A DNA stretch of 64,000 nucleotides, taken from Vulcanimicrobiales bacterium (GTDB taxonomy: Bacteria > Vulcanimicrobiota > Vulcanimicrobiia > Vulcanimicrobiales > Vulcanimicrobiaceae). The notes below the pieces were generated by a model that was not told where the DNA came from, searched no databases, and saw only the letters and a program-made list of their open reading frames with translations. Position numbers and translations under genes: made by a program. The stretch spans positions 1 through 64,000 of the forward strand of contig JBBQQR010000003.1 in assembly GCA_038215615.1 (NCBI GenBank), in the 5' to 3' direction. This document shows positions 49,393 through 59,041 of this stretch, one piece after another (position 1 is the stretch's first letter; each line of letters begins with the position of its first letter).

Positions 49393-50340
49393 GTGAACGT
49401 TTTTGTGGGAATGGTGGTTGGCGCACTCTTAACCATCATTCCGGTGCACGGTACCGTCCTTACGGTTACTTCGACGAACACCGCGATTGTAAGGACCGAA
49501 GCCGTGACCGGGATGCTGCCGTCGACGACACGTGCGTACCGGATCGAACCGCAGCTCGTTCTGAGCGCCGGCGCCGGCATCGACGGGTTCGTCGATAATC
49601 GGCCGCGCCCGTGGCGCCTGTACGATGCCGCATTGGCCGGCCCGTTTGTCGCCGGCCTCCCGCAGACCGGAAAAGTTATCGCATTCGATATCGGCTCGAA
49701 GCTGCCGCACACGCAGCTGGTCGATCAGCGCGGTAAGTTGGTTGACCTGGCGGCGTTCCACGGCGTATCGCTGACCAGTTTTATTTTCACGCGCTGCCGA
49801 GACGAGTGCCCACTCGTCGCGGCAAAATTTGTGGAGATGCAGAAGCAGCTCGATACGAGCCGGTTCCATCTCTTCTTGATCACCATAGATCCCATGTACG
49901 ATTCGCCGTTGGTGCTTGCGCGCTATGCGCGCCAATTCCGCATGAACCCGGCTTCGATCTCCGTGCTGACCGGGCAGCCGCACGATATCGCGACCTTACT
50001 CGACCAATTCGGCATCACGTCGCTCCAAAATGGCGATGCCACCTTCATTCATAGCGACAAAGTGTACTTGGCGTCACCGGACGGACGCGTCGCGCAGATC
50101 TTACAGACGACCGGTTTCACGCCGGGTTCGCTCGCGGCTGCGGCCCGGCATCTGGCAGGCATGGCGAGCAGCCCGTTCGGACGCTTTCAATTGTGGCTGG
50201 TCGCCGGGGTCACTGCTCTCTGCGGCGGAAACCAGTTTGCCGGAATCGTCGCGCTCGAGACCGTCTTGTTTTTGATTATCGCCGGAATCTCGTTCGTGAC
50301 GCTTGGGTGGGTGGTCCGAAGGATATGGGGGAGTACGTAA
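49393..50340 (+). CDS. SCO1/SenC family copper chaperone with extra N-terminal beta domain and C-terminal TM
   Basis: FIFTRCRDECP (CxxxCP), ITIDP.YD, FIHS; GGAGGT SD. Confidence 0.9.
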   Translation: MNVFVGMVVGALLTIIPVHGTVLTVTSTNTAIVRTEAVTGMLPSTTRAYRIEPQLVLSAGAGIDGFVDNRPRPWRLYDAALAGPFVAGLPQTGKVIAFDIGSKLPHTQLVDQRGKLVDLAAFHGVSLTSFIFTRCRDECPLVAAKFVEMQKQLDTSRFHLFLITIDPMYDSPLVLARYARQFRMNPASISVLTGQPHDIATLLDQFGITSLQNGDATFIHSDKVYLASPDGRVAQILQTTGFTPGSLAAAARHLAGMASSPFGRFQLWLVAGVTALCGGNQFAGIVALETVLFLIIAGISFVTLGWVVRRIWGST

Positions 50341-50572
50341 AAGCGCCGCTCACTGCGCGCACGCCTAACATTCCCCAGGCCAACATCGCCCCAACCACAA
50401 GCAACATGAGCGACATATTCGCAACCAACAGCTGCAGGAGCAACGAAACGTCGGTCGCGCGCTGCGCGAGCGCCAGATAGGTGTCGCGCAACAGAGGTAC
50501 GCCGCCAAGGACGATCGTCACGTCGGCGGCCAGAACCACCACCAACAAGAAGCGCGCGCGGATATTTTTCAC
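50276..50572 (-). CDS. Small two-TM membrane protein
   Basis: GTGA overlap with upstream stop; two hydrophobic helices; tail overlaps the SCO gene. Confidence 0.55.
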   Translation of the reverse strand: MKNIRARFLLVVVLAADVTIVLGGVPLLRDTYLALAQRATDVSLLLQLLVANMSLMLLVVGAMLAWGMLGVRAVSGAFTYSPISFGPPTQASRTRFRR

Positions 50573-51450
50573 TGCGACAGCATCGTTACGGCATGCCCAA
50601 GGGCGACAGCCGTTTCGTCGGGCGTTCCCAGAATCAGCCGGAAACAATGCACGCGGCGCAGCAATGCTATCGCGCGCGTGACGCGATCCATCAAATCGCC
50701 GCGCGCGTCAAACCAGCGCGTTATCGCGGGGAGCGCCTCGGCAGCGTCGATGTGCTCGAGCGTAGCCGAACCGCCCGAGCCGGCAATCACAAAGAGCGCG
50801 CCAATCGGGCGCGGTTGCGCCACGGCTTCGGATCCGAAACACATCTTCAGCGAAAGCTCGGGCGGATCGAGCGCGGCGTCCCGGTCGGCCAGCAGCAGCC
50901 GCGCGCCGGCGGCGCGCACCGACGAGCGGCGCAAGAACGGATGCACGGTGGTCCCGCGGATCAGCGCGCGTTCGTCGGAATAGACGTGCATTCCGCGACG
51001 CACGCACGCGAGCATCGCGCTCGTCTTTGCAGAGTTGGAATTTCCGGCGATCGCAATCGCCATGCCTTGGTATTCCAGGGCGGCGGCATGGATCGACGCA
51101 ATCTCCGAGTCGTATCGGATGACCGCCGAGACAATGACGGCGTCGGCTAGAAAGACGACCGCCTCGGCGGGCAGCGGCCCCTGTGTCCAGCGCCACGACG
51201 GCGCGTGGTCGGACCAGAACGCGTATCCCGCACGCGCGGTCGAGACGTAATACCGGAAGTCGGGTTCGCGCTGCGCGGCGTGATCGGCGTAACGCAATCC
51301 GAAGAGACGCGCGACTTCAGCGATGTCGGTGCGTAATTCCATAACGACGCCGGCGATTTCACAGCGCGCTGAATGAATGCAGCGGCGCGAAAGCTCCGCG
51401 TGCGATGCGTCGCCCGAACGGGTGAGCTGTTCGGCCCGAATCACTCGCAT
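50569..51450 (-). CDS. HPr-kinase-related P-loop protein
   Basis: IHAAAL....AIAIAGNSNSAKTS...YSDE...V.PF.R. Confidence 0.78.
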   Translation of the reverse strand: MRVIRAEQLTRSGDASHAELSRRCIHSARCEIAGVVMELRTDIAEVARLFGLRYADHAAQREPDFRYYVSTARAGYAFWSDHAPSWRWTQGPLPAEAVVFLADAVIVSAVIRYDSEIASIHAAALEYQGMAIAIAGNSNSAKTSAMLACVRRGMHVYSDERALIRGTTVHPFLRRSSVRAAGARLLLADRDAALDPPELSLKMCFGSEAVAQPRPIGALFVIAGSGGSATLEHIDAAEALPAITRWFDARGDLMDRVTRAIALLRRVHCFRLILGTPDETAVALGHAVTMLSQ

Positions 51451-51570
51451 CGTTTTTCTCGCGCCATAGCATCTAACAATGTACCCAGTGCGAAAGGGGC
51501 CGGCGCGGACAAGCGGTAGCCTGCCGCCGCCGCACAGGGCATGGAGCAAGCGTACGGGTAAGACGAGGCG

Positions 51571-52143
51571 ATGGGAGTCCCGAGAAAGCCGGTTGCGCCG
51601 CCCACCCCGGAACAGTCGGCCTTTCTCGAGCGGGCGATCGAGCAATATGGCAAGGCGACCTATAACTTCGCCTACCGGCTGACCCATAACGAGGCGGATG
51701 CCCGCGATTTGACTCAGGAGGCCTTTATCCGGGTCTACCGGGCTTGGCGGTCATTCCAGCCCGGGACTTCGTTTCTATCGTGGATTTACCGGATCGTCAC
51801 GAATCTTCACCGGGACGAACTTCGCCGCCGAAAGGGACGTTATCAGGAAGAGATTCCCGAGGACAACGCTCCTCAGGAATTCGCGGGGGAACGCCCCCTG
51901 GCCGTGTCGCCCATCGAGGACTACGTCGAAGGCCAGCTGAGCGAACCGCTTGCGCGGTCGCTCGAGCAGCTCTCGGGGGACCAGCGCCAGGTGATCGTGC
52001 TCGCGGATATCGAGGAGTACAGCTATCAGGAAATCGCCGAAATCATGGGATGCTCGATAGGAACGGTCCGTTCGAGACTCCACCGTGCCCGGGCGCTACT
52101 TCGCAGACTCGTGCAGAGACAAATGGAGCAACAAAAATCATGA
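51571..52143 (+). CDS. ECF sigma factor (RpoE/SigW-like)
   Basis: DLTQEAFIR, F.SWIYRI..N, SYQEIAE...GTVRSRLHRAR. Confidence 0.96.
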   Translation: MGVPRKPVAPPTPEQSAFLERAIEQYGKATYNFAYRLTHNEADARDLTQEAFIRVYRAWRSFQPGTSFLSWIYRIVTNLHRDELRRRKGRYQEEIPEDNAPQEFAGERPLAVSPIEDYVEGQLSEPLARSLEQLSGDQRQVIVLADIEEYSYQEIAEIMGCSIGTVRSRLHRARALLRRLVQRQMEQQKS

Positions 52144-52655
52144 CCGAGCATCTGAACAACCAGATCTTAATCGACTACATGCACGCAGGGCTCGCTCCCG
52201 AACAGGACGCGCACGTCTACGCGCACCTCGAAGCCTGTTCCGAGTGCCGCTCGGAATATGATGCTGAATTGGCGTTGACCGACCTGGTGCGATCTTTTGC
52301 CGCAGCCGACACGCGCGAGCTACCGTCGTCGGTCAAAGCCGAGATTTGGGAACGCATTCGCGCCGCCCGTCCTTCACCGTGGGGCACGTGGGCCACTTGG
52401 CTTCGCCCGGCGGTCTCGCTTCCGGTCGCAGCGGCTCTGGCGCTGGCCGCGTATTTCGGAACGTCTTATCTAGGACCGCACGGCGCCGCTTCAATCGATG
52501 CGGGTTATTATTTGCAAGACCACGCCGCACTCGACAGTACGGTGCCGTTTAGCGATCGCGCTACGGTAAGCGCCGCCGATCTCGAATCGGCCGCGCCAAA
52601 AGCGCCGAGTTCCGTCGCCATAACCGCTTCGTACACGGCGTACGCCAATCCATAA
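52140..52655 (+). CDS. Zinc-binding anti-sigma factor (ZAS) with TM helix
   Basis: H...HLEACSEC, TM segment, ATGA overlap with sigma. Confidence 0.92.
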   Translation: MTEHLNNQILIDYMHAGLAPEQDAHVYAHLEACSECRSEYDAELALTDLVRSFAAADTRELPSSVKAEIWERIRAARPSPWGTWATWLRPAVSLPVAAALALAAYFGTSYLGPHGAASIDAGYYLQDHAALDSTVPFSDRATVSAADLESAAPKAPSSVAITASYTAYANP

Positions 52656-53655
52656 CACGCGTTGGGTCGCCCTCGCGCTGACCGGCACGCTCCTGCTGGG
52701 ATCGGCGCAGCGCAGCGATCCCACGCAGCTTTTGCGACAGGCCGCGCAGGCCTACTTCACGATCTCCTACGTCGGACAAGTTCAGAGCGTCGACTTTGGA
52801 ACCAACCGCGCCGACGCAGTGCTTTTCCGCGTCGAGCACCGCGCGCCCGACAAAACGCGCCGGTGGTATCTGGCTCCTGAATCGCTCTACGGCGATTCGA
52901 TCATCAGCCGCGGCACGATGGAATACGACCTCGACATGCACCGCCACCGGATCGTCGTTGCCCGCAACGACGCGCTCGACGACGTGGTCGCCTTCGAGGA
53001 CAACTTCGGCCTGCTGCTGCGCAACTACAATGCAGTCATGGCGCCGGACACGAGCGTCGCCGGCCGCCGCGCCTATCAAGTGCTTTTGGTGAACAAATAC
53101 ACGGGCGAGACCGTCATCCGGCTTTCGCTGGACTCAGAAACGAAGCTGGTGCTCGCTCGAGACCGCTTCGGCGCCACCGGCACGGTCACGAGTCAAATGC
53201 GCTTCGAGCAGATCCGGTTCACGTCGGCAATTCCCGAGGCGACGTTTGAAGTACCGTCGGGCTTTTCACGGGTGCGCGGACAGGATGAAGGCCCGCCCTC
53301 GAACGATTTGCGGGCCGTGGTGAAAGCCGCCGGCTTCCGGTCACTCGGGCCGAAATATTTGCCCGAGGGATTCTTGCCCATCGCCGGTGACTTGCATGAC
53401 GTCAAAGACGTGCGCACGCTGCACCTGTTGTATTCGGACGGACTGCGCACCGTCTCGCTCTTTGAAAACGCGCGCGGCGCAGCCGTCGACATGAGCCGCT
53501 ACACCGTTCACTCGACCAAACTTCAATCGCGCGACGCGCAGTACGTACGCGATGGCCCGACAACACTGCTTGCGTGGACCGACGGAAATCTCCACTTTGC
53601 GCTCGTCGGAGAACTGACGCTGGCCGAACTCACCCGTATCGGATCGTCAATCTAA
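52642..53655 (+). CDS. MucB/RseB-like periplasmic sigma regulator; start likely non-canonical
   Basis: Y.G, VAGR, LD.ET.L.L, YLPEGF, LLYSDGL.TVSLF, VGEL; signal-like RWVALALTGTLLLGSA lies upstream of the first TTG (52732). Confidence 0.85.
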   Translation, partial: TPIHNTRWVALALTGTLLLGSAQRSDPTQLLRQAAQAYFTISYVGQVQSVDFGTNRADAVLFRVEHRAPDKTRRWYLAPESLYGDSIISRGTMEYDLDMHRHRIVVARNDALDDVVAFEDNFGLLLRNYNAVMAPDTSVAGRRAYQVLLVNKYTGETVIRLSLDSETKLVLARDRFGATGTVTSQMRFEQIRFTSAIPEATFEVPSGFSRVRGQDEGPPSNDLRAVVKAAGFRSLGPKYLPEGFLPIAGDLHDVKDVRTLHLLYSDGLRTVSLFENARGAAVDMSRYTVHSTKLQSRDAQYVRDGPTTLLAWTDGNLHFALVGELTLAELTRIGSSI

Positions 53656-54660
53656 GGTTTCGATCGTTTCGAGCAGCTCGCGCTGCGGCGCGGGAATCGC
53701 GGAGTCTTCCGCGCCGCTCAGATCGGTCGGCTGTGGCGCATCATGCGCTTCGATGATGCGCGCTACTGAATGCGCCAGCGCGTCCAAATCGTAGCCGCCT
53801 TCTAAGACGTAGGCCACACGTCCGTTGCAATACTCTTTTGCCACGCGCTCGATGAGCGCGCCCAGGTGCGACGCTGCCTCAACTTCTACGCCGAGATCGC
53901 CCGCCGGATCGCCTTTGACATAATCGAAGCCCGCGCTGACGATCATGAGGTCGGGCCGCACGCGCGCCACAGTGGCAACGAGCAAGCGCCCCCAAAGCGC
54001 GACGAACGCTTCGGTACCGAAATCGTGCGGCGGTAGCGGAACGTTGACGATCGCATCGCGCTGGGGCAACGCGTAGTTTTCGTCCCGGCCGCCCGTACCC
54101 GGATACGCGGGAAACGCATGCGTCGAAACGTAGGAGAGTCCGTCGCCGCTTACGGCTTGCGTGCCGTTTCCGTGATGGTAGTCGAAATCAACGATCAGCG
54201 TACGCGCTCCGAATTGCGCCTGCGCCGCGCGCGCCGCGATAGCGGCGTTATTAAAAACGCAAAACCCCATGCCTCGCCGCGCTTCGGCGTGATGGCCGGG
54301 CGGACGAACGATCGCGAAGGCGCTGCCGCTCTCGTGCATGGCGGTTTCCATCGCCACGACGGCACCGCCGGCAGCCCGGCGCGCAACATCAAACGATCGG
54401 AAATCGATGACCGTATCACCCGTGGAAAGATAGCCCGCGAAATCCGACATGCCCGCAACTTCGGCACGGACGAGATCGACGTACCCGCGCGCGTGCACCC
54501 GCTCGATCTCGACTGCAGTGGCGTCGCGCGGTGCTATCACATTTTCGAATGTACCGCTCCGGCGCAAAAAATTGGCGACCGCTTCAACGCGGCCCGGCGA
54601 TTCCGGATGGGGTATGCCGCGTAAGTGGTCGCCGTAGATTTCGTCGTAGACGATCCTCAA
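53647..54660 (-). CDS. Histone deacetylase family protein
   Basis: HPESP.R, RPPGHH, GFC.FNN, DFDYHHGNGT, SAGFD, LEGGY. Confidence 0.95.
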   Translation of the reverse strand: MRIVYDEIYGDHLRGIPHPESPGRVEAVANFLRRSGTFENVIAPRDATAVEIERVHARGYVDLVRAEVAGMSDFAGYLSTGDTVIDFRSFDVARRAAGGAVVAMETAMHESGSAFAIVRPPGHHAEARRGMGFCVFNNAAIAARAAQAQFGARTLIVDFDYHHGNGTQAVSGDGLSYVSTHAFPAYPGTGGRDENYALPQRDAIVNVPLPPHDFGTEAFVALWGRLLVATVARVRPDLMIVSAGFDYVKGDPAGDLGVEVEAASHLGALIERVAKEYCNGRVAYVLEGGYDLDALAHSVARIIEAHDAPQPTDLSGAEDSAIPAPQRELLETIETLD

Positions 54661-54665
54661 GCCAT

Positions 54666-56198
54666 TTAGTGTTTCTTCGTGGCCGCAGGCATGCAGACTT
54701 TTGCCGCCGTTGCTGCTATCTGTTTGTACTGCGCCGTGCTCTTCTTCATCATCTTCAGAAGCCGCGTATAAGATTTGCAGGCTTTTGCCGGCTGCTTCGT
54801 GCTCGTGTACGAAACGCCCATCATGTAGAGATAGTCGGGGTGCTGATCGACGTATCCACGCAACTGTGTGTCGAGAATCGTGAAGAGCGCAGCGGATTCT
54901 TTGTAGTTCTTCATGCTGTAATCGGAGCCCGCGATGCACGCCAGCGTATCCGGATTGCGCACCATCTGAAACGATTGCGCACAAGCCGCGCGCGCCAGTG
55001 GGTACTGGTGGCTGGAAACGTACGCCTGACCGAGCAGTGCGAACGTCTGGCCGCTCGGTGCGACTTCGGAGAGCTGTTTGAGATAACGCGCTGCTTCGGC
55101 CGGTTTGGCCTGGCCCATCTTCAGCTGCGCGAGGTCGATCAGCGCGCTCGTGTCGTTCTTGTCGATGCGCACGGCTTGCAAGAATTGCTGTTCGGCGCGT
55201 CCCGGCTGACGATTCGCCATCCAGTATTCTCCGTAGGCAGTGTGCAAGCTCGAAATGGTCGGATACTGCCGGAAGGCGACATCGTAGACGGCTTGCGCTT
55301 GTGACGGCTGTTTTGCCGTCGCGTACATCAGCGCTTTTTGCACCACGATCGTCGCCTTCTCGTAATCGTTGGTCGAAACTGCAACGGCATCATCGAAGGC
55401 CTGTGCCGACGCGGTTATGTTGTTTTGTTTGGCAAGGATCCCGGCGCGAAAAATCAGCGCCCGGACGTTCTTGGGATCGAGAGAAATCGCGCGGTCGATC
55501 GCCGTCAGCGCATTGGGCAACGTATTTTGGGCCACCCACGTTTGCGCTTCCTGAATCAGCGGACTGGTATCTTTCGTGTCGAGCACGTAGGCCGCCTCGA
55601 ACTGTTTGCGCGCGTCGTCCCATTTCTGTTCCGCCGCGAGCACCATGCCGAGCGTGACGTATGCGCGCGGCTCGGTTTTATTAAACGTTACCGCACGGTT
55701 CGCAAGGCGTTCCGCATCGGCCGAGCGCGGCGGCTTCGACTGCAGATACAACTGCGCGAGCTGTCCGAGCACAGCGAGATTGGTCGGCTCGAGATTGGAG
55801 GCGGCTTCGAAGTCCGCGGTCGCGGGACCAAGACGGCCCAGGGCGAGTTGCCCTGACCCGTCCAGGAAATAGACCTGTGCGGTTTTCGTGCCGAGCTGCA
55901 TGACGTGTTGCGTCAGCTGAACCGCGGCTTGCGCGGCCTGCGGGGAACCTAATCCCAAAAATTGGCTTGCGAGTTCGATCATTGCATCGCGATCGTTGGG
56001 ATTCGCTTTCAACCGGGCCTGAAGCCGCGGAATCGCGATCTGAGGCGGCTCGGGCGAGGCCGTGGGAAGCGGAGCCGGCGTGGGCGAGGGAGTAGCCGTC
56101 GCGGCGGCGATCAGCGTCGCGTGCGCCGGCGCACCGGAGAAAGCAAGCGCCGAACCGAGTGCGGCTGCGAACGAGGCGAGCAAGAGGAAACGTTTCAA
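54666..56198 (-). CDS. Secreted tetratricopeptide repeat protein
   Basis: Signal peptide, Pro/Thr linker, serial TPR-like repeats. Confidence 0.9.
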   Translation of the reverse strand: MKRFLLLASFAAALGSALAFSGAPAHATLIAAATATPSPTPAPLPTASPEPPQIAIPRLQARLKANPNDRDAMIELASQFLGLGSPQAAQAAVQLTQHVMQLGTKTAQVYFLDGSGQLALGRLGPATADFEAASNLEPTNLAVLGQLAQLYLQSKPPRSADAERLANRAVTFNKTEPRAYVTLGMVLAAEQKWDDARKQFEAAYVLDTKDTSPLIQEAQTWVAQNTLPNALTAIDRAISLDPKNVRALIFRAGILAKQNNITASAQAFDDAVAVSTNDYEKATIVVQKALMYATAKQPSQAQAVYDVAFRQYPTISSLHTAYGEYWMANRQPGRAEQQFLQAVRIDKNDTSALIDLAQLKMGQAKPAEAARYLKQLSEVAPSGQTFALLGQAYVSSHQYPLARAACAQSFQMVRNPDTLACIAGSDYSMKNYKESAALFTILDTQLRGYVDQHPDYLYMMGVSYTSTKQPAKACKSYTRLLKMMKKSTAQYKQIAATAAKVCMPAATKKH

Positions 56199-56251
56199 GT
56201 ATTCGTCCTTATCGAAATGCTACGGTGTTAACGGCCCAGGGGAGGCGAACG

Positions 56252-57238
56252 TCACGTATGTGCCGCTTTCGCCTGTTGGACCAGCGTGGTGAGCGCGGGA
56301 ATGATTTGAAAAAGGTCGCCGACCACGAGCAAATCCGCTGTTTCGCCAATTGGTACGGTGCCGTCCCGGTTGATCGCCACGATCGTCCCGGCAGTCTGCA
56401 TCCCGACTTTATGCTGGATGGCGCCGGAAATGCCTACAGCGATGTAGAGTTGAGGGCTGACGATCTTGCCCGTCTGCCCGATCTGAAGGCTGTAGGGCAC
56501 CCACCCTGCGTCGGCCGCAGCCCGTGAAGCGCCGACGGCGCCGCCCAGAGCCTCAGCCAGCGGTTTCAGAAGGGTCTCGAAGGGCTCCGGTCCGCCGAGG
56601 CCGCGACCACCGCTGACCACGACCGCTGCTTCCTCCAAGCCGATCTCGCCGGTCGCCTCTTCAACATCGCTTTCGACGACCACGCCGTAGGTTTTCCCGG
56701 CCGGCTTTTCGAGCGGCACCAATTGCGCGCCCATCGCTTGCGGCTGCGCGGCAAAAGCGTTGGGGCGCACGGTGATGACACCGTAATCTCCGCCTTTGAA
56801 AGCGCACGTGGTGATCGTCGATCCTTGCAGTTTCGGCGCGATGCATTGCACGCGACCGTTTTCGACGCGCAGCTCGGTGACGTCGGAAGCCAAGCCTGCG
56901 TCTAATCGCGCGGCGATCCGGCCGGCGACGTCACGCCCAAGCATCGTATTCGGCACTAAAAAAGCCGCAGGGCCTGTAATTTTTGCGACAGCTTCCAAAT
57001 AATCGACGAGCGGATCGAGCAAAAACTTGTCGACGTCGGCGTCATCGGTGTGAAAAATCTTATCGAGCGGATGATTTTGCAGTTGTTGCGCCAGCGCCGT
57101 CGATCCGGATCCGGCCACGAGCGCATGTGCTTTCCCGCCGAGGGCGTCAGCTAGACGGCGAGCCTCGGCCGCAAGTTCGAAAGTAACTTTGCGCGTTTGC
57201 CCGCCGTTGTGCTCGACGAAGATGATAACGTCGCGCAT
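56252..57238 (-). CDS. etfA: Electron transfer flavoprotein alpha subunit
   Basis: VSGGRG, GASRAA.D, QIGQTG, LYIAVGISGAIQH. Confidence 0.96.
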   Translation of the reverse strand: MRDVIIFVEHNGGQTRKVTFELAAEARRLADALGGKAHALVAGSGSTALAQQLQNHPLDKIFHTDDADVDKFLLDPLVDYLEAVAKITGPAAFLVPNTMLGRDVAGRIAARLDAGLASDVTELRVENGRVQCIAPKLQGSTITTCAFKGGDYGVITVRPNAFAAQPQAMGAQLVPLEKPAGKTYGVVVESDVEEATGEIGLEEAAVVVSGGRGLGGPEPFETLLKPLAEALGGAVGASRAAADAGWVPYSLQIGQTGKIVSPQLYIAVGISGAIQHKVGMQTAGTIVAINRDGTVPIGETADLLVVGDLFQIIPALTTLVQQAKAAHT

Positions 57239-58029
57239 CAGACGAGTTTCCGTTCGCGCAGAAAATCGAAAATAGTTTGAGCGCCGGAGGCACCGTCGGC
57301 GGCTTCTACCACTCTTGCTTTTTCGCGTGCCTTCGGCGCAACGATCGTCACGACTTCCATTTTTGCGCCGTCGCTGCCGGCCGGACGGTCGAGGCCGCAA
57401 TCAGCGCCGGAGAGCGTGGCTATCGTTTTTTTCTTGGCGCCCATAATGCCTTTGAGCGACGCGTAACGCGGCTCGCCGACGGCCATCGTCACGGTTACCA
57501 ACGCCGGGAGCGGTCCTGACACAACTTGGTAGCCGCTATCGGTTTCGCGTTGCGCTTTAATGCGGCCGTCGCCGATCTCCTCAATCATTCGGACGTTGGT
57601 TAGGCCGGGCACGCCTAAATATTCAGCGATCGCCCCGGGCACGCCGCCGGTATTTCCGTCGTCGGAAAGAGCGCCGCAGAGAATCAGATCGAAACCGGTT
57701 TTCTTGAGCGCCTGCGCCATGGCATAGGACGTCACAGAAACGTCGCTGCCTTCCAGCGCCGCATCGCTCAGCACCACGGCGTCGTCGGCTCCCATGGCAA
57801 GCGCTTTGCGCAGCAACTCTTTCATGTTTTGCGGAGCCATCGTGAAAACGGTGACGGTCGTATCGCCACCGAGCCGCTCTTTCAATTGAAGAGCAGCTTC
57901 GATCGCGTATTCGTCGAACGGGTTGAGCGCGGTTTCAACGCCGGCGCGCACCAAACGCTTCGTCGTGGGATCGATGCGGCGGACGGCGTTCGGATCCGGC
58001 ACGAGCTTTACGGTTACGACGATCTTCAC
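57238..58029 (-). CDS. etfB: Electron transfer flavoprotein beta subunit
   Basis: K.VPD, NPFDEYAIE.A, ALAMGAD, EPRYASLKGIM.AKKK. Confidence 0.96.
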   Translation of the reverse strand: MKIVVTVKLVPDPNAVRRIDPTTKRLVRAGVETALNPFDEYAIEAALQLKERLGGDTTVTVFTMAPQNMKELLRKALAMGADDAVVLSDAALEGSDVSVTSYAMAQALKKTGFDLILCGALSDDGNTGGVPGAIAEYLGVPGLTNVRMIEEIGDGRIKAQRETDSGYQVVSGPLPALVTVTMAVGEPRYASLKGIMGAKKKTIATLSGADCGLDRPAGSDGAKMEVVTIVAPKAREKARVVEAADGASGAQTIFDFLRERKLV

Positions 58030-58142
58030 GCGAGGAAAAGACCTCCAAGAAATGCAGAGACCCCGCAAGGGGTTCTGAGAGAACCCGGGTTCATTGGGCT
58101 CGCTGGAGGTGCGCCCCTGCCGTCACGGAACCTACGCATGTA

Positions 58143-58949
58143 ATGAATTTAGGAATCATTCTCATATTGGCGACGTTAGCGTCGCCCGCGCCGTCGCCGT
58201 CACCGAGCGCCGGCCCGGCGGCGGACCCCTGCGGGGGCGCGACAACCAATCTGTTGGCAACCCTGAACCGGCCGACGGTCGGTTTTAGCGCGTGCGCCGT
58301 GAAGCCGCGCGAAAGTTTGTGGGAACTCGGATACGCCAACCTGATTCAAAACGATGGATCGCACGCCGCCGTTTATCCGCAAGGTTTCATCCGTTTCGGT
58401 GCGTCGCCGCGGTTGGAATGGGACGTCGTCGGTCCGAACTATTTCACCCAAAAGGCCGGCGTTCTTCAGCGCGGCTTCCTCGACGGCGGAGTCGGCGCGA
58501 AGTATGAGTTTTTTAGCAGCCCATCCGATGTTGCCGCGGTCGATGTGCTCTACATTTTTCCGACCGGGTCGGCGCTGTTTACGGCCGGCGCGCCGGTTGC
58601 GACGCTGAATTTCGACTACGGACACTCGCTTTCACCGGTTGCGGGGGTTGCCACGACAATCGGCGTGCAATCGTCTTTCGCGCAAACGCTCGATGGACGC
58701 GCAGCGCGTTTTATGTCGCTGCTGCCGTCGGTGGCTTTCACGATTCAAAGTAATCCGCGCACGCAGTTTTATGCGGAGTGGTACGGCCAAACGCGGATCC
58801 GTCCCGACGGCGGAACGCTTTTTGGCGTGAACGGTGGCATTCAATTCTTGCTGCGACCGAACGTCGAGATCGACGCCGAACTGGGCCAAACCGTCACCGA
58901 TTTAGAGCGCGGGCATTATTTCGGCTTCGGCATAAGCGTCCGGCCCTAA
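58143..58949 (+). CDS. Putative outer-membrane beta-barrel 'transporter' family protein
   Basis: Signal peptide, NRPT, E.GY, D...G.KY, PTGS, terminal amphipathic strand FGFGISVR. Confidence 0.75.
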   Translation: MNLGIILILATLASPAPSPSPSAGPAADPCGGATTNLLATLNRPTVGFSACAVKPRESLWELGYANLIQNDGSHAAVYPQGFIRFGASPRLEWDVVGPNYFTQKAGVLQRGFLDGGVGAKYEFFSSPSDVAAVDVLYIFPTGSALFTAGAPVATLNFDYGHSLSPVAGVATTIGVQSSFAQTLDGRAARFMSLLPSVAFTIQSNPRTQFYAEWYGQTRIRPDGGTLFGVNGGIQFLLRPNVEIDAELGQTVTDLERGHYFGFGISVRP

Positions 58950-58993
58950 CGCAGTCCATGAACGACGCAGGGGTACTTCCGCCTAGTATATAA

Positions 58994-59034
58994 TGTCGCG
59001 TATACTTGACATATAGTCATACATACGCTACATT
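58994..59034 (+). promoter_or_regulatory. Sigma70 promoter overlapped by a palindromic operator
   Basis: TTGACA (59006-11) - 17 bp - TACATT (59029-34); TGTC..GTATAC..GACA palindrome 58994-59011. Confidence 0.75.
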
Positions 59035-59041
59035 ATGTCGC

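Noticed and set aside
53647..54660. HDAC-family enzyme acting on the histone-like protein
   Set aside because: Bacterial HDAC homologues are common, 31 kb away, and nothing in the sequence links them
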